Below, piece by piece: positions 53,201 through 61,655 of a DNA stretch of 64,000 nucleotides; position 1 is the stretch's first letter, and every line of letters begins with the position of its first letter. The stretch is from NCBI GenBank assembly GCA_963776555.1, contig CAVZNK010000011.1, forward strand, positions 9,920 to 73,919, in the 5' to 3' direction. A program made the position numbers and the translations under genes. The notes under the pieces were generated by a model. The model was not told the origin of the DNA. It saw only the letters and a program-made list of their open reading frames with translations, and made no database searches. The DNA comes from an uncultured Gaiellaceae bacterium (lineage in GTDB: Bacteria > Actinomycetota > Thermoleophilia > Gaiellales > Gaiellaceae).

Positions 53201-54035
53201 TGGCCCTCTACGTCCGCGTGCGCGGGCCGAACGGCGTCGAGCAGCGGCACCGTCGAGGACGGCCGGGTCGTCACGGCCGGCGGCGCGAAGATCACGCCGC
53301 TCGAGCCCGAATCGCTGCAGCTGCCCGAGCCGTACGAGCTGCTGGCGCCGCTCGCCGCGCCGGAGATCTGGTGCGCCGGCGTCACGTACGAGCGCTCGCG
53401 CGACGCGCGCGTCGAGGAGAGCGCCGTCAAGGACGTGTACACGATGGTCTACGACGCGCCGCGGCCCGAGCTGTTCATGAAGGACGCGACGATGCGCCGA
53501 ACCGTCGGCCCCGGGACGGCCGATCGGAATCCGCGACGACTCGACGTGGAACGTCCCCGAGCCCGAGATCGGCGTCGTCCTCGGGAAGAACGGCCGCATC
53601 GCGGGCTACACGATCGGTAACGACGTCTCGTCGCGCGACATCGAGGGGGCGAACCCGCTCTACCTCCCGCAGGCGAAGATCTACGCGGGCGCGTGCTCGT
53701 TCGGGCCGGCGGTGTTCGTGCCGGACGGCGGGCACGAGCCGCACGTTCCACCTCACGCTCCGCGTCACCGACGAGTGGGGACGCATCGTCTTCGAGGGCG
53801 AGACGTTCACCGCGACGATGCGCCGCACGTTCGACCGAGCTCGTCGAATGGCTGCTCATCGACAACCCCGTGCCGCCGGGGAGCGTCCTGCTGACCGGGC
53901 ACCGGGCTCGTCCCGCCGGACAGCTTCACGCTGCTTCCCGGCCACTTCGTCGAGATCCACGTCCCCGAGATCGGCACGCTCGTCAACCCCGTCGTCCGTG
54001 CCTCCGAGCTGATCGAAAAGGAGCCCGTCCAATGA
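53200..54035 (+). pseudogene. Fumarylacetoacetate hydrolase (FAH) family protein with about 5 apparent frameshifts
   Basis: The family sequence can be followed only by switching frame near 53235, 53520, 53735, 53834 and 53899. The path reads MALYVRVRGPNG / SSGTVEDGRVVTAGG...EIWCAGVTYERSRDARVEES...PELFMKDATMRRTVGPGTA / IGIRDDSTWNVPEPEIGVVLGKNGRIAGYTIGNDVSSRDIEGANPLYLPQAKIYAGACSFGPAVFVPDGG / RTFHLTLRVTDEWGRIVFEGETFTATMRRTF / ELVEWLLIDNPVPPGSVLLTG / TGLVPPDSFTLLPGHFVEIHVPEIGTLVNPV. Confidence 0.75.
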
Positions 54036-55496
54036 CCGAGACCGTGACCGGCGCGCCAGCACGCAACTACATCGGCGGCGAGTGGCGCGAGAGCGCCGCC
54101 GGAGAGACGTACGAGAAGCGAAGCCCGTGGCGGCCGTCCGTCGTCACCGGCGTCTACCCGGCCTCGGACGCAGACGACGCGCGAGCCGCGATCGAGGCCG
54201 CGCGCGAGGCTTTCCCGGCGTGGTCGTCCATGCCCGCTGGCACAGCGCGCTGCGTACTTCACGAAGGCCGCCGCCGCGATCGAGGCGCGCGCCGAGCAGG
54301 TCGCGCAGGACATGACGGCCGAGATGGGCAAGCCGCTGCGCGAAGCGCGCATGGAGACGCTCCGCGCCGCGCAGATCCTGCGCTACGCGGCCGGCGAGGC
54401 GTGGCGCCCGATCGGCGAGGTGTACGAGCCGTCGGTCGCCGACCAGCGTCTCTTCACGCTTCGACGGCCGCTCGGGGTCGTCGGTCTCATCACGCCCTGG
54501 AACTTCCCGATCGCGATCCCCGTCTGGAAGCTCGCGCCCGCGCTCATCTACGGCAACACGCTCGTCCTGAAGCTGGGCTACGAGGCGCCGCGGACGGGCC
54601 TTCACGTCGCGGAGTGCTTCGCGGAGGCCGGGCTGCCTGCCGGCGTGCTCAACGTCCTGACGGGATCGGGCTCGAAGGCGGGCGCTGAGATCGTCTCGAA
54701 TCCGGGCGTGCAGGCCATCTCCTTCACCGGCTCCGTTCCGGTGGGACGGTCCGTGCGGGACGAGGCGACCGCGCGCGACTGCCGTGTCCAGCTCGAGCTG
54801 GGCGGCCACAACCCGCTGATCGTCACCGCTGCCGCCGAGCTCGACCGCGCCGTCGAGGGCGCCTACGCGGGCGCCTTCTGGTCGGCGGGCCAGAAGTGCA
54901 CGGCGACGCGGCGCATCCTCGTGGAGTCCGCCGTCTACGACGAGTTCCGCGAGAAGCTGCTCGCACGCGTCGCCGCGGGGAAGGTCGGCGACCCGACCGA
55001 TGCCGAGATCGAGGTCGGCCCGGTCGTCAACGAGGGTGCCCTGGAGGACATCCTCGGCGCCATCGAACGAGCGCGCGGGGACGGCGGTACGGTCCTCGCG
55101 GGCGGCGAGCGGGCCGACGACGAGGGCTACCTCGTCGCGCCGACCGTCTTCGAGGGGCTCGCCGACGACGCGGAGCTGTCGTGCGAGGAGGTGTTCGGCC
55201 CGGTCACGTCGCTCTACCGCTACGAGACACTCGACGAGGCGATCGAGCGGGCGAACGCCGTCCGCTTCGGCCTCGCGGCCTCGATCTTCACCCGTGACCT
55301 GCGCGAGACGCAGCGCTTCACGAGCGAGATCCAGGCCGGGATCATCCACGTGAACTCGCAGACCGCCGGCGCCGACGTGCACGTGCCCTTCGGCGGAGTC
55401 AAGGGATCGGCCTGGGGGCCGCACGAACAGGGGCGGGCCGCGATCGAGTTCTACACGGAGTCGGTCACCGTCTACCAGGACGCACCGCTTGCCTGA
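54032..55496 (+). CDS. NAD(P)+-dependent aldehyde dehydrogenase (2,5-dioxovalerate / lactaldehyde dehydrogenase-like) with one apparent frameshift near 54240
   Basis: MTETVTGAPARNYIGGEWRES...AFPAWSSMPAG is in one frame, and QRAAYFTKAAAAIEARAEQVAQDMTAEMGKP continues into ORF 54312..55496. Motifs: ITPWNFP, FTGS, ELGGHNP, QKCTA, VPFGGVKGS. Confidence 0.85.
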
Positions 55497-56433
55497 CGGC
55501 CCGCGCACGCTCGTCACCGGCGCCCTCGGCTGTCTCGGCGCCTGGACGCTGAAGGCGCTCCTCGACCTCGGCGAGGAGCCGGTCGGCTTCGATCTGGGCG
55601 CGGACGACGCGCGCCTTCGGCTCGTGCTCTCGGACGAGGAGCGCGCGCGGGTAACGCTCGTGCCCGGTGACGTGACCGACGCCGCGGCGGTCGGCGCGGC
55701 GCTCGACGAGCACGGGATCACCAACGTCGTCCACCTGGCCGCGCTGCAGGTGCCGTTCTGCCGCGCCGATCCGGAGCGCGGCGCGCGGGTGAACGTGCAC
55801 GGCACGGTCGTCGTGCTCGAGGCGATCAAGACGCGGCTCAGCCGCATCCGCGGCCTCGCCTACGCGAGCTCGACCGCGGTCTACAACGTGTCGGACCCGT
55901 CCCCCGCTCCCGAGTCGGGCGGCACCGCGCCCTCCACGCTGTACGGCGTGTTCAAGCTCGCGAACGAAGGGACCGCGCGCGTGTACTGGCACGACGACGA
56001 CGTCGCCTCGATCGGGATCCGGCCGTACGTCGTCTACGGCCCCGGACGCGACCAGGGCCTCACCTCCGGCCCGTCGCTCGCGATGGAGGCCGCCGCTCGC
56101 GGCGCGGGGTTCACGATCGCCTACGGCGGGACGGCGCAGTACGACTTCGCACCGGACGTCGGGCGCGCGTTTGCGCTCGCCGCGCGGGCGGCGACGGAAG
56201 GAGCCCACGTCGCGAACTTCCCCGGCGTGCCGTCGACGATGCAGGAGGTCGTCGACGCGATCGAGTCCGCCGCACCAGCGGTCGCGGGAAAGGTCTTCTG
56301 GGAGGAGGGTCAGCTCCCGTTTCCGGAGTCGCTCGAGGGACGTCAGCTCGAGCGTCTGATCGGGCCGATGAAGCTCACGCCACTCGCCGACGGTGTGCGC
56401 GCGACCATCGACCGGTTCCGCGCCGCCGGCTGA
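55489..56433 (+). CDS. NAD-dependent epimerase/dehydratase family (extended SDR) protein
   Basis: LVTGALGCLGAW Rossmann motif and YGVFKLANE (YxxxK). The TTG start overlaps the ALDH stop. Confidence 0.8.
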   Translation: MPDGPRTLVTGALGCLGAWTLKALLDLGEEPVGFDLGADDARLRLVLSDEERARVTLVPGDVTDAAAVGAALDEHGITNVVHLAALQVPFCRADPERGARVNVHGTVVVLEAIKTRLSRIRGLAYASSTAVYNVSDPSPAPESGGTAPSTLYGVFKLANEGTARVYWHDDDVASIGIRPYVVYGPGRDQGLTSGPSLAMEAAARGAGFTIAYGGTAQYDFAPDVGRAFALAARAATEGAHVANFPGVPSTMQEVVDAIESAAPAVAGKVFWEEGQLPFPESLEGRQLERLIGPMKLTPLADGVRATIDRFRAAG

Positions 56434-56494
56434 CCCGTCGGCTCGGCGCCGGGGGAGAGCACACTCGGGCATGGAGCGTCCCTCTCCCTCGTAG

Positions 56495-56818
56495 TCACTC
56501 GCCACGAGCCCTCTTCCTCTTCACGACCACCTCGGCAAACGCGAGCCAAGCGACGGCCGGTAAGAACCACCAGTACCAGCGGTAGTGCCCCGTGGCGATG
56601 TGGTAGAGCGAACCGCCACCGACGATGGCGAGGAAGAGAGCCTGGAGCCACCACGGCGCGCCTATGAGAAGCAGGCGGTCTCCGACGTCGCTCCATGTTC
56701 GGGCCTGCCGCCATCCGCGGACGCGGCCCCACACATAGAGACCGACGCCGCCCCCGATGATGATGAGCCACAACCACGGCGACTCACCGCTTCGGCCATA
56801 TCCAAGCGGGCCGATCAC
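56495..56818 (-). CDS. Hypothetical membrane protein (3 predicted TM helices, Trp-rich)
   Basis: SPWLWLIIIGGGVGLYVWG, APWWLQALFLAIVGGG, WYWWFLPAVAWLAFAEVVV. Confidence 0.6.
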   Translation of the reverse strand: MIGPLGYGRSGESPWLWLIIIGGGVGLYVWGRVRGWRQARTWSDVGDRLLLIGAPWWLQALFLAIVGGGSLYHIATGHYRWYWWFLPAVAWLAFAEVVVKRKRARGE

Positions 56819-56863
56819 GATGACGCAGACGTTAGCTCCAGCCCGATCTCAGTACGACCTTCA

Positions 56864-56889
56864 AGCGACATTCCCGCACACTCGGGCGG
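56864..56889. promoter_or_regulatory. 26-nt motif shared with 59254-59279 (copy A)
   Basis: agcgacattcCcgcAcactcgGGcGg versus agcgacattcGcgcCcactcgCCcAg: 21/26 identical, including a 10-mer and a 6-mer. Both copies lie in divergent intergenic regions. Confidence 0.25.
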
Positions 56890-56973
56890 CCTTGTGTCCT
56901 GACGCCGGCGCTTGGCTTCGGGGCCTTCGCTGACGCGTATGGTTGCGGGCGAAGTCACGGGCAAGGAGTCGGA

Positions 56974-57369
56974 ATGCATGGACCGTTGATCTTCATCGCC
57001 ACGAATCGCCTCAAGCCTGGGCGACTTGACAGCGAGCGAGCGCGCGTGCCGGGTCTCGTCGAATTCGTCGAGGCCAACGAGCCACGCTTGATCGCGTTCA
57101 ACGAGTACGTGAACGAAGCCGGAGATGAGGTTTCGGTTGTCCAGGTTCACCCGGACGCCGCCTCGATGGAGGCGCATATTGCGATTGTTGCCGAGAAAGC
57201 ACGAGCAGCGTATGCCGAGACGCTCGACGCGACGGTCAGGATCCAAGTCTTCGGGCAACCGAGCGAGGAGATGCTCGCGGCTCTGAAGCAGCAGGCAGGC
57301 GAGGGCGTCGAGATCGCCCTTCACACCGAGCACCTCGGGGGCTTCACTCGCGTCTCCAACCAGGACTAG
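56974..57369 (+). CDS. Hypothetical protein (small alpha+beta protein; function not recognised)
   Basis: 131-aa ORF with AAGGAG upstream of the ATG and protein-like composition. Confidence 0.55.
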   Translation: MHGPLIFIATNRLKPGRLDSERARVPGLVEFVEANEPRLIAFNEYVNEAGDEVSVVQVHPDAASMEAHIAIVAEKARAAYAETLDATVRIQVFGQPSEEMLAALKQQAGEGVEIALHTEHLGGFTRVSNQD

Positions 57370-57696
57370 CACCCGAGCGTTCTCTCCTCAACGTCGGAGC
57401 CCTCACGACGGTCCGGCAATATCGGGCCATGCGGGTCACGACGGTAGACAGAGGGACCGTCGGCGGAGGGCTCGCCGCGCGTTGGCGGAACGCCGGGGCG
57501 AACGCAAACGACGGCGGGCACTCGTTCTATCGGTTCTGGCGTCCCTAGTACGTCGAGGGTAGAGCGCGCGACAGTCCTCGCGGCGTCGGGAGCGCTCAAG
57601 AGACATCCCGGACACTGGCCCAGGGCAGCGTGCTCTCCCTTCGAAGCGACTCGAAGGTCGACCAGCGGGTCTGGAACGCCGGTCTAGGATCGTGAT

Positions 57697-58509
57697 GTGG
57701 GCGCAGTCGATGCCGCGGTCGCCGTCGCCGATGCTCACGGCGTGCGCTGTGACAAGCCGGTCGTATTGCGGCAAGCGTGGCACGTGCTCGTGCACCTGTG
57801 GCCGTCGCCAGTCGTCGCGCGCGTAACCAGCGGCGCTCCCGGCGTCGATCCGGCAGATGTCGAACGGGAGCTGAGCGTTGCCACTCACGCGGCTCGGGCG
57901 GGTGCACCGGTCGTCCGGCCAAGCGATCTGCTTCCGCCTGGCCCTCACCGCCGCGACGGTCACACGATCGTCTTCTGGCACTACCTCGTGGAGGCCGGCA
58001 AGGTCGATCCGGTTGCCGCCGGCCGCGGGCTCCGCATGATCCACGACTCGCTTGCGGACTACGACGGCGAGCTTCCCCGTGCGGGCCGAGCGTCTGAGGT
58101 GCGAGCAATGCTCGCGCCCATCGCACCGTCCAGGGACACCGAACTCCTCTGCGAACTCGCCTCGCGCGAGCTTCCCGTCGGACAAGCGCTGCACGGCGAC
58201 GCCCACCTCTTCAACTGCATCCAGACGACTACGGGGCCTATCTGGCACGACCTCGAGACGGCGTGCCGCGGCCCCCGCGAGTACGACCTCGCTGCGCTCG
58301 TCCTGAGCGACCGCTCGGGCGATTCGGAACCCGAAGCTCGAACGGCCGCGGACGCCTATGGGCCGTACGACGAGGACCTCCTCGAACAGGCGCTCCCGGT
58401 CTACGCTTCGTGGGTGGCCGCTTCGTTCATGGTTGCGGTCGCCCGCCGCCCAGACGCCGCGCCAGCCCTAGAGCGCCAGCTGCAGTTTCTGCGCCGCTTC
58501 CGCGGCTAG
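57697..58509 (+). CDS. Phosphotransferase enzyme family (APH/choline-kinase-like) protein
   Basis: ALHGDAHLFNCI (catalytic-loop HGDxHxxN) and IWHDLETACRGPREYDLA (DxE metal loop). Confidence 0.75.
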   Translation: MGAVDAAVAVADAHGVRCDKPVVLRQAWHVLVHLWPSPVVARVTSGAPGVDPADVERELSVATHAARAGAPVVRPSDLLPPGPHRRDGHTIVFWHYLVEAGKVDPVAAGRGLRMIHDSLADYDGELPRAGRASEVRAMLAPIAPSRDTELLCELASRELPVGQALHGDAHLFNCIQTTTGPIWHDLETACRGPREYDLAALVLSDRSGDSEPEARTAADAYGPYDEDLLEQALPVYASWVAASFMVAVARRPDAAPALERQLQFLRRFRG

Positions 58510-58585
58510 GCCGCGATCAGCGGCGATGACTCATCCGGGAGTGAACAGCGGAAGCCGGTAGCACTCCGACCGCGGCCTCCGGGTG

Positions 58586-58628
58586 GCGATGCGCGTTCGT
58601 CCGCTCTCAACAGACGAACGCGCATCGC
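58586..58628. terminator. Strong hairpin between convergent genes (candidate bidirectional terminator)
   Basis: gatgcgcgttcgtc-N11-gacgaacgcgcatc is a perfect 14-bp inverted repeat (58588-58601 / 58613-58626), extendable by gc/gc on each side. Confidence 0.55.
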
Positions 58629-58650
58629 TCGAGCGGTCTGGGTTCCTTGT

Positions 58651-59163
58651 CTAGCCCCCGTAGCTGGGATAGCCCGGATACGGGCTCGGCGCAGGCGTAG
58701 GCGGTGCAGTGCTCCCGCTGGAAGCAGGAGATGCCGGCCGCCAAACGCCGACGTCCTTGAATCCGTTGCCCTTGACGTCACCAGGCTTGCGGTCCTGGGT
58801 GAACGTGTAGACGGGACGTCCACGGTAGGACACCTGGGCGCGGCCGTCAGGACGCCTGACAGTCCCCAGGTGAAGCGCTCCGGTCGGGGTCGTGCCCTTC
58901 GGGACGACGAGCGGAGTCCACAAGGAGAGGCAGGACCCGGTGCAGATGAACCTTCCTCGTTGCTCGACGCTCAACGAGTAGAGCGTCAGGCCTTTGCGGT
59001 TCACCAGCACTTTCGTGTGCAGTGTTGGGTTGTTGGCGGTCCTGACTACCGCCTGCTTCGACATGCTCTTCGCAGCGCCGGAGTCTGCGGCGAACACCGC
59101 AACCAGTGCGGCTGCCAAGACCACCGGAACCATCAATTTGGCAATGGTTGCCGTCCGAGTCAT
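58651..59163 (-). CDS. Secreted protein of the Lipoprotein_15 / COG4315 type
   Basis: Signal peptide, then two units of the family pattern (VLVNRKGLTLYSLSVEQRGRFICTGSCLSLWTPL; GRAQVSYRGRPVYTFTQDRKPGDVKGNGF..VW), and a Pro/Ser/Tyr-rich tail. Confidence 0.75.
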   Translation of the reverse strand: MTRTATIAKLMVPVVLAAALVAVFAADSGAAKSMSKQAVVRTANNPTLHTKVLVNRKGLTLYSLSVEQRGRFICTGSCLSLWTPLVVPKGTTPTGALHLGTVRRPDGRAQVSYRGRPVYTFTQDRKPGDVKGNGFKDVGVWRPASPASSGSTAPPTPAPSPYPGYPSYGG

Positions 59164-59253
59164 TTTGTGACCTCCTCGGAAGTGGTTGTTGGTATCCGGT
59201 ACTACGTATCGAAAGCCGTCGATGGATTGGTGGTGTGTTCATGCGTGAGCTCG

Positions 59254-59279
59254 AGCGACATTCGCGCCCACTCGCCCAG
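59254..59279. promoter_or_regulatory. 26-nt motif shared with 56864-56889 (copy B), followed by a 7-bp hairpin (59285-59302)
   Basis: See copy A. The hairpin is cgcgccg-tttc-cggcgcg. Confidence 0.25.
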
Positions 59280-59429
59280 GCAAGCGCGCCGTTTCCGGCG
59301 CGGCCGCTTCAGATGGTCGAGGGTTGAACCTCCGGGGCAGCCTTCACGCACCGGCTACCAATCCACCAGGCGCATCGAGAGCGAAGTACTCGGAATGGGC
59401 GCGGATCCCATCCACGTTAGAAGTGCCTG

Positions 59430-60878
59430 GTGGCTGTGAGTACCAATCAGCAGGTCCATACACGCGCAGATCAGGCGCCGAGTCCGCGCATCCCGAATCA
59501 GCGGCGAACGCAGCCTTCTGCGCTCTTGGTCATGGGCCTCGTAGCCGCCGCACTACCCCTGATCGGGCTCGTCTCGCTGCTCCTTCGCTCAGAGCTGGAT
59601 CCTCACATCGAGAACTATCCCCTCCACTTCGTGGTCTTCGGGTTGGTGGGGGCCGTCGCGTTCGGCCTCGGCTATGCAGCCGGTGAGGCAGCCAACCGGC
59701 GCGGTGACGCGCGTGTCCTCCTCCTCTCACTCGCGTTCATGGCGACCGGCGGTTTCCTGTTGCTCCACGCTCTCGGGACGCCGACCATCCTCTTCGCCGA
59801 CGAGCACGCCGGCTTTCAGGTGGCAATCCCGGTCGGGCTCCTGGTGAGCGCAGTCTTCGCCACAGGTTCGGCATTCGTCGACCTTCGCCCCGCAGTCGCG
59901 GCGGCGCTCATTCGCCGAAGGACACTGCTGCGGCTGGCGGTGCTGGTCGCGATGGGTAGTTGGTTCGCCTGGACACTCGCCAAGCTTCCACCGCTTGGCG
60001 GGCCGGACAACGAAGCGGCCACGAACCGCCTGCTGATCGGGATGGCTGTCCTCGGAACGATCATGTACGCGGTCAGCGCGGCGCGGTACTGGAGCATCTT
60101 CCGTTCCAGCCGCAGCCTGCTCTCGGCGGCCGTCGTCAGCTGCTTCGTCCTGCTTTCCGAGGCGATGATCGGCGTTGCAGTCACCGGGGAACGCCAGTGG
60201 CACGCCAGTTGGTGGGAGTGGCACGGCCTGATCGTCGCGGCCTACGCGGTCGTTGGCTTGGCTGCTCGACGCGAATGGCGCGAGGAGCGGTTCAGGCGGC
60301 TCTACCTGCCGACGACACGGGAGCGCCACCAGAAGGTGAGCGTCCTCTTTGCGGATCTTGTCGGATTCTCCGGCTTCGCCGAGCGCTCATCGCCAGCCGA
60401 GGTCGCAGCCGTGCTCGACGCCTACTGGGGTGCTGCGGCGCCGCTGATCACCCGCCGGTTCGGAGGGGACGTGGAGAAGTTCATCGGCGACGGCATCATG
60501 GCCACCTTCAACAACCGCGGAGACCAACCCGACCACGCGCTGCGAGCGTCGTGCGCTGCCTTGGCTTTGCAGCGCAGGGTCACGCGCCTCGCCGAGCACC
60601 GTCCAGATTGGCCTCGTATGCGCGTTGGCGTCAACAGCGGTGAGGTACTCGTGCGTGAGATCGGAGGTGACGGCCATATCGCCTATCCATCGGTGGGCGA
60701 TACGGTCAACACCGGGGCTCGTCTCGAGAGTCTGGCTCCGGTCGGAGGAGTGCTGATCGGCCCTAGGACGTATGAGCAACTGCCAGCCGGAGCGGTGGTC
60801 GAAGAGCGGGTCGGACTGCGCATGAAGGGCAAAGACGACGCGGTCGACGCCTACCTCTTGCACGCTCTTCCTTGCTAG
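59430..60878 (+). CDS. Membrane-anchored class III adenylate cyclase (about 7-8 TM helices plus a CHD cyclase domain)
   Basis: VSVLFADLVGFSGF, EKFIGDGIMATF and GDTVNTGARLES catalytic blocks. The Lys before IGDG suggests ATP specificity. The probable start is the ATG at 59532; the ORF is open from the GTG at 59430. Confidence 0.85.
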   Translation: MAVSTNQQVHTRADQAPSPRIPNQRRTQPSALLVMGLVAAALPLIGLVSLLLRSELDPHIENYPLHFVVFGLVGAVAFGLGYAAGEAANRRGDARVLLLSLAFMATGGFLLLHALGTPTILFADEHAGFQVAIPVGLLVSAVFATGSAFVDLRPAVAAALIRRRTLLRLAVLVAMGSWFAWTLAKLPPLGGPDNEAATNRLLIGMAVLGTIMYAVSAARYWSIFRSSRSLLSAAVVSCFVLLSEAMIGVAVTGERQWHASWWEWHGLIVAAYAVVGLAARREWREERFRRLYLPTTRERHQKVSVLFADLVGFSGFAERSSPAEVAAVLDAYWGAAAPLITRRFGGDVEKFIGDGIMATFNNRGDQPDHALRASCAALALQRRVTRLAEHRPDWPRMRVGVNSGEVLVREIGGDGHIAYPSVGDTVNTGARLESLAPVGGVLIGPRTYEQLPAGAVVEERVGLRMKGKDDAVDAYLLHALPC

Positions 60879-61074
60879 CTCCCGGGGCTCATGCGCTCCG
60901 CCGTGTGGGCGCGTAGACTCGGTTACTCAATCGGCCTCATTGCCGCACCGCGACCCGTTCGCGGAGTCACCGCCGGGAAGCGTCCTCCGATGGCTTCGAG
61001 CTCGTATCTCGGGGCCTAATTTGGCCCAACCATCGGCGCGACAAGCTGTTCGCGCAGCCACGGAAAGGACTGCC

Positions 61075-61584
61075 ATGCCTCCCGAGACCGTCACCGTCAC
61101 CAAGCCCTACCGGGTCGCGTCCGGCGAAGGCCTTGCCGACGTCTGGTGGAAGAGCGGCCGCGTCACCGTCAAAGCAGGCGGTGCCGAGGAAAGCCACGCG
61201 TTCTCGCAGATCGAGGTCGACGACCCGCGCGGCAGCGGGCCTCCCCTGCACCTTCATCACAACGAGGACGAGACGTTCTACGTCCTCGACGGTGAGGTCA
61301 CATTCCTCGTCGGCGACGAGCGGATCGACCTCGCGGCAGGCGACTACCTCTTCGGCCCCCGCGGGATCGCTCACGCGTACGTCGTTCGCTCGGAGCGCGC
61401 ACGCATGCTCGTCACGGCCAGCCCCGGCGGGATCGAACAGGTCTTCGTCAGCCTCGGCGTTCCCGTCACCGGCTCCGAACCTCCGACCGATGCGGTCATG
61501 CCGATGGACGAGGCGGTGCGCCTGCTCGCAGGCTACGGCGCCGAGATCCTCGGGCCTCCGCTCTCGCTCAGCGACCTCTCCTAG
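61075..61584 (+). CDS. Cupin domain protein
   Basis: GPPLHLHHNEDETFYVLDGEVTF...GPRGIAHAY. GGAAAGGA lies upstream of the ATG at 61075. Confidence 0.8.
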   Translation: MPPETVTVTKPYRVASGEGLADVWWKSGRVTVKAGGAEESHAFSQIEVDDPRGSGPPLHLHHNEDETFYVLDGEVTFLVGDERIDLAAGDYLFGPRGIAHAYVVRSERARMLVTASPGGIEQVFVSLGVPVTGSEPPTDAVMPMDEAVRLLAGYGAEILGPPLSLSDLS

Positions 61585-61655
61585 CTCGTCGAGCCCGTCG
61601 CAAGCGCTGCCCGACTCACGACTTCTTCAACGCGATCTCGCCCTCTCCGACCTCG

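Noticed and set aside
53890-53905. The apparent 7-bp tandem duplication accgggc-accgggc as the cause of the last FAH frame break
   Set aside because: Removing a single base instead restores LLTGTGLVPP, which matches the usual FAH-family TGTP/TGTG block. A simple 1-nt indel is the more economical explanation.
57366-57599. 77-codon minus-strand ORF in the 327-bp gap
   Set aside because: No RBS and no motif, with Arg/Pro/Gly-biased composition. It cannot be distinguished from a random open frame. The gap is reported as a finding instead.
59106-59327. 73-codon plus-strand ORF upstream of the cyclase
   Set aside because: It overlaps the start of the lipoprotein gene on the other strand and the shared-motif region, and has no RBS or recognisable sequence.
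59430-60878. Membrane cyclase considered as part of a cyclic-nucleotide anti-phage system (Pycsar/CBASS-like)
   Set aside because: The domain has canonical class III adenylate-cyclase residues (Lys before IGDG, Asn/Arg in GDTVNTGARLES) fused to its own multi-TM anchor, like housekeeping actinobacterial cyclases. No adjacent effector (TIR, patatin, nuclease or small TM effector) is present.
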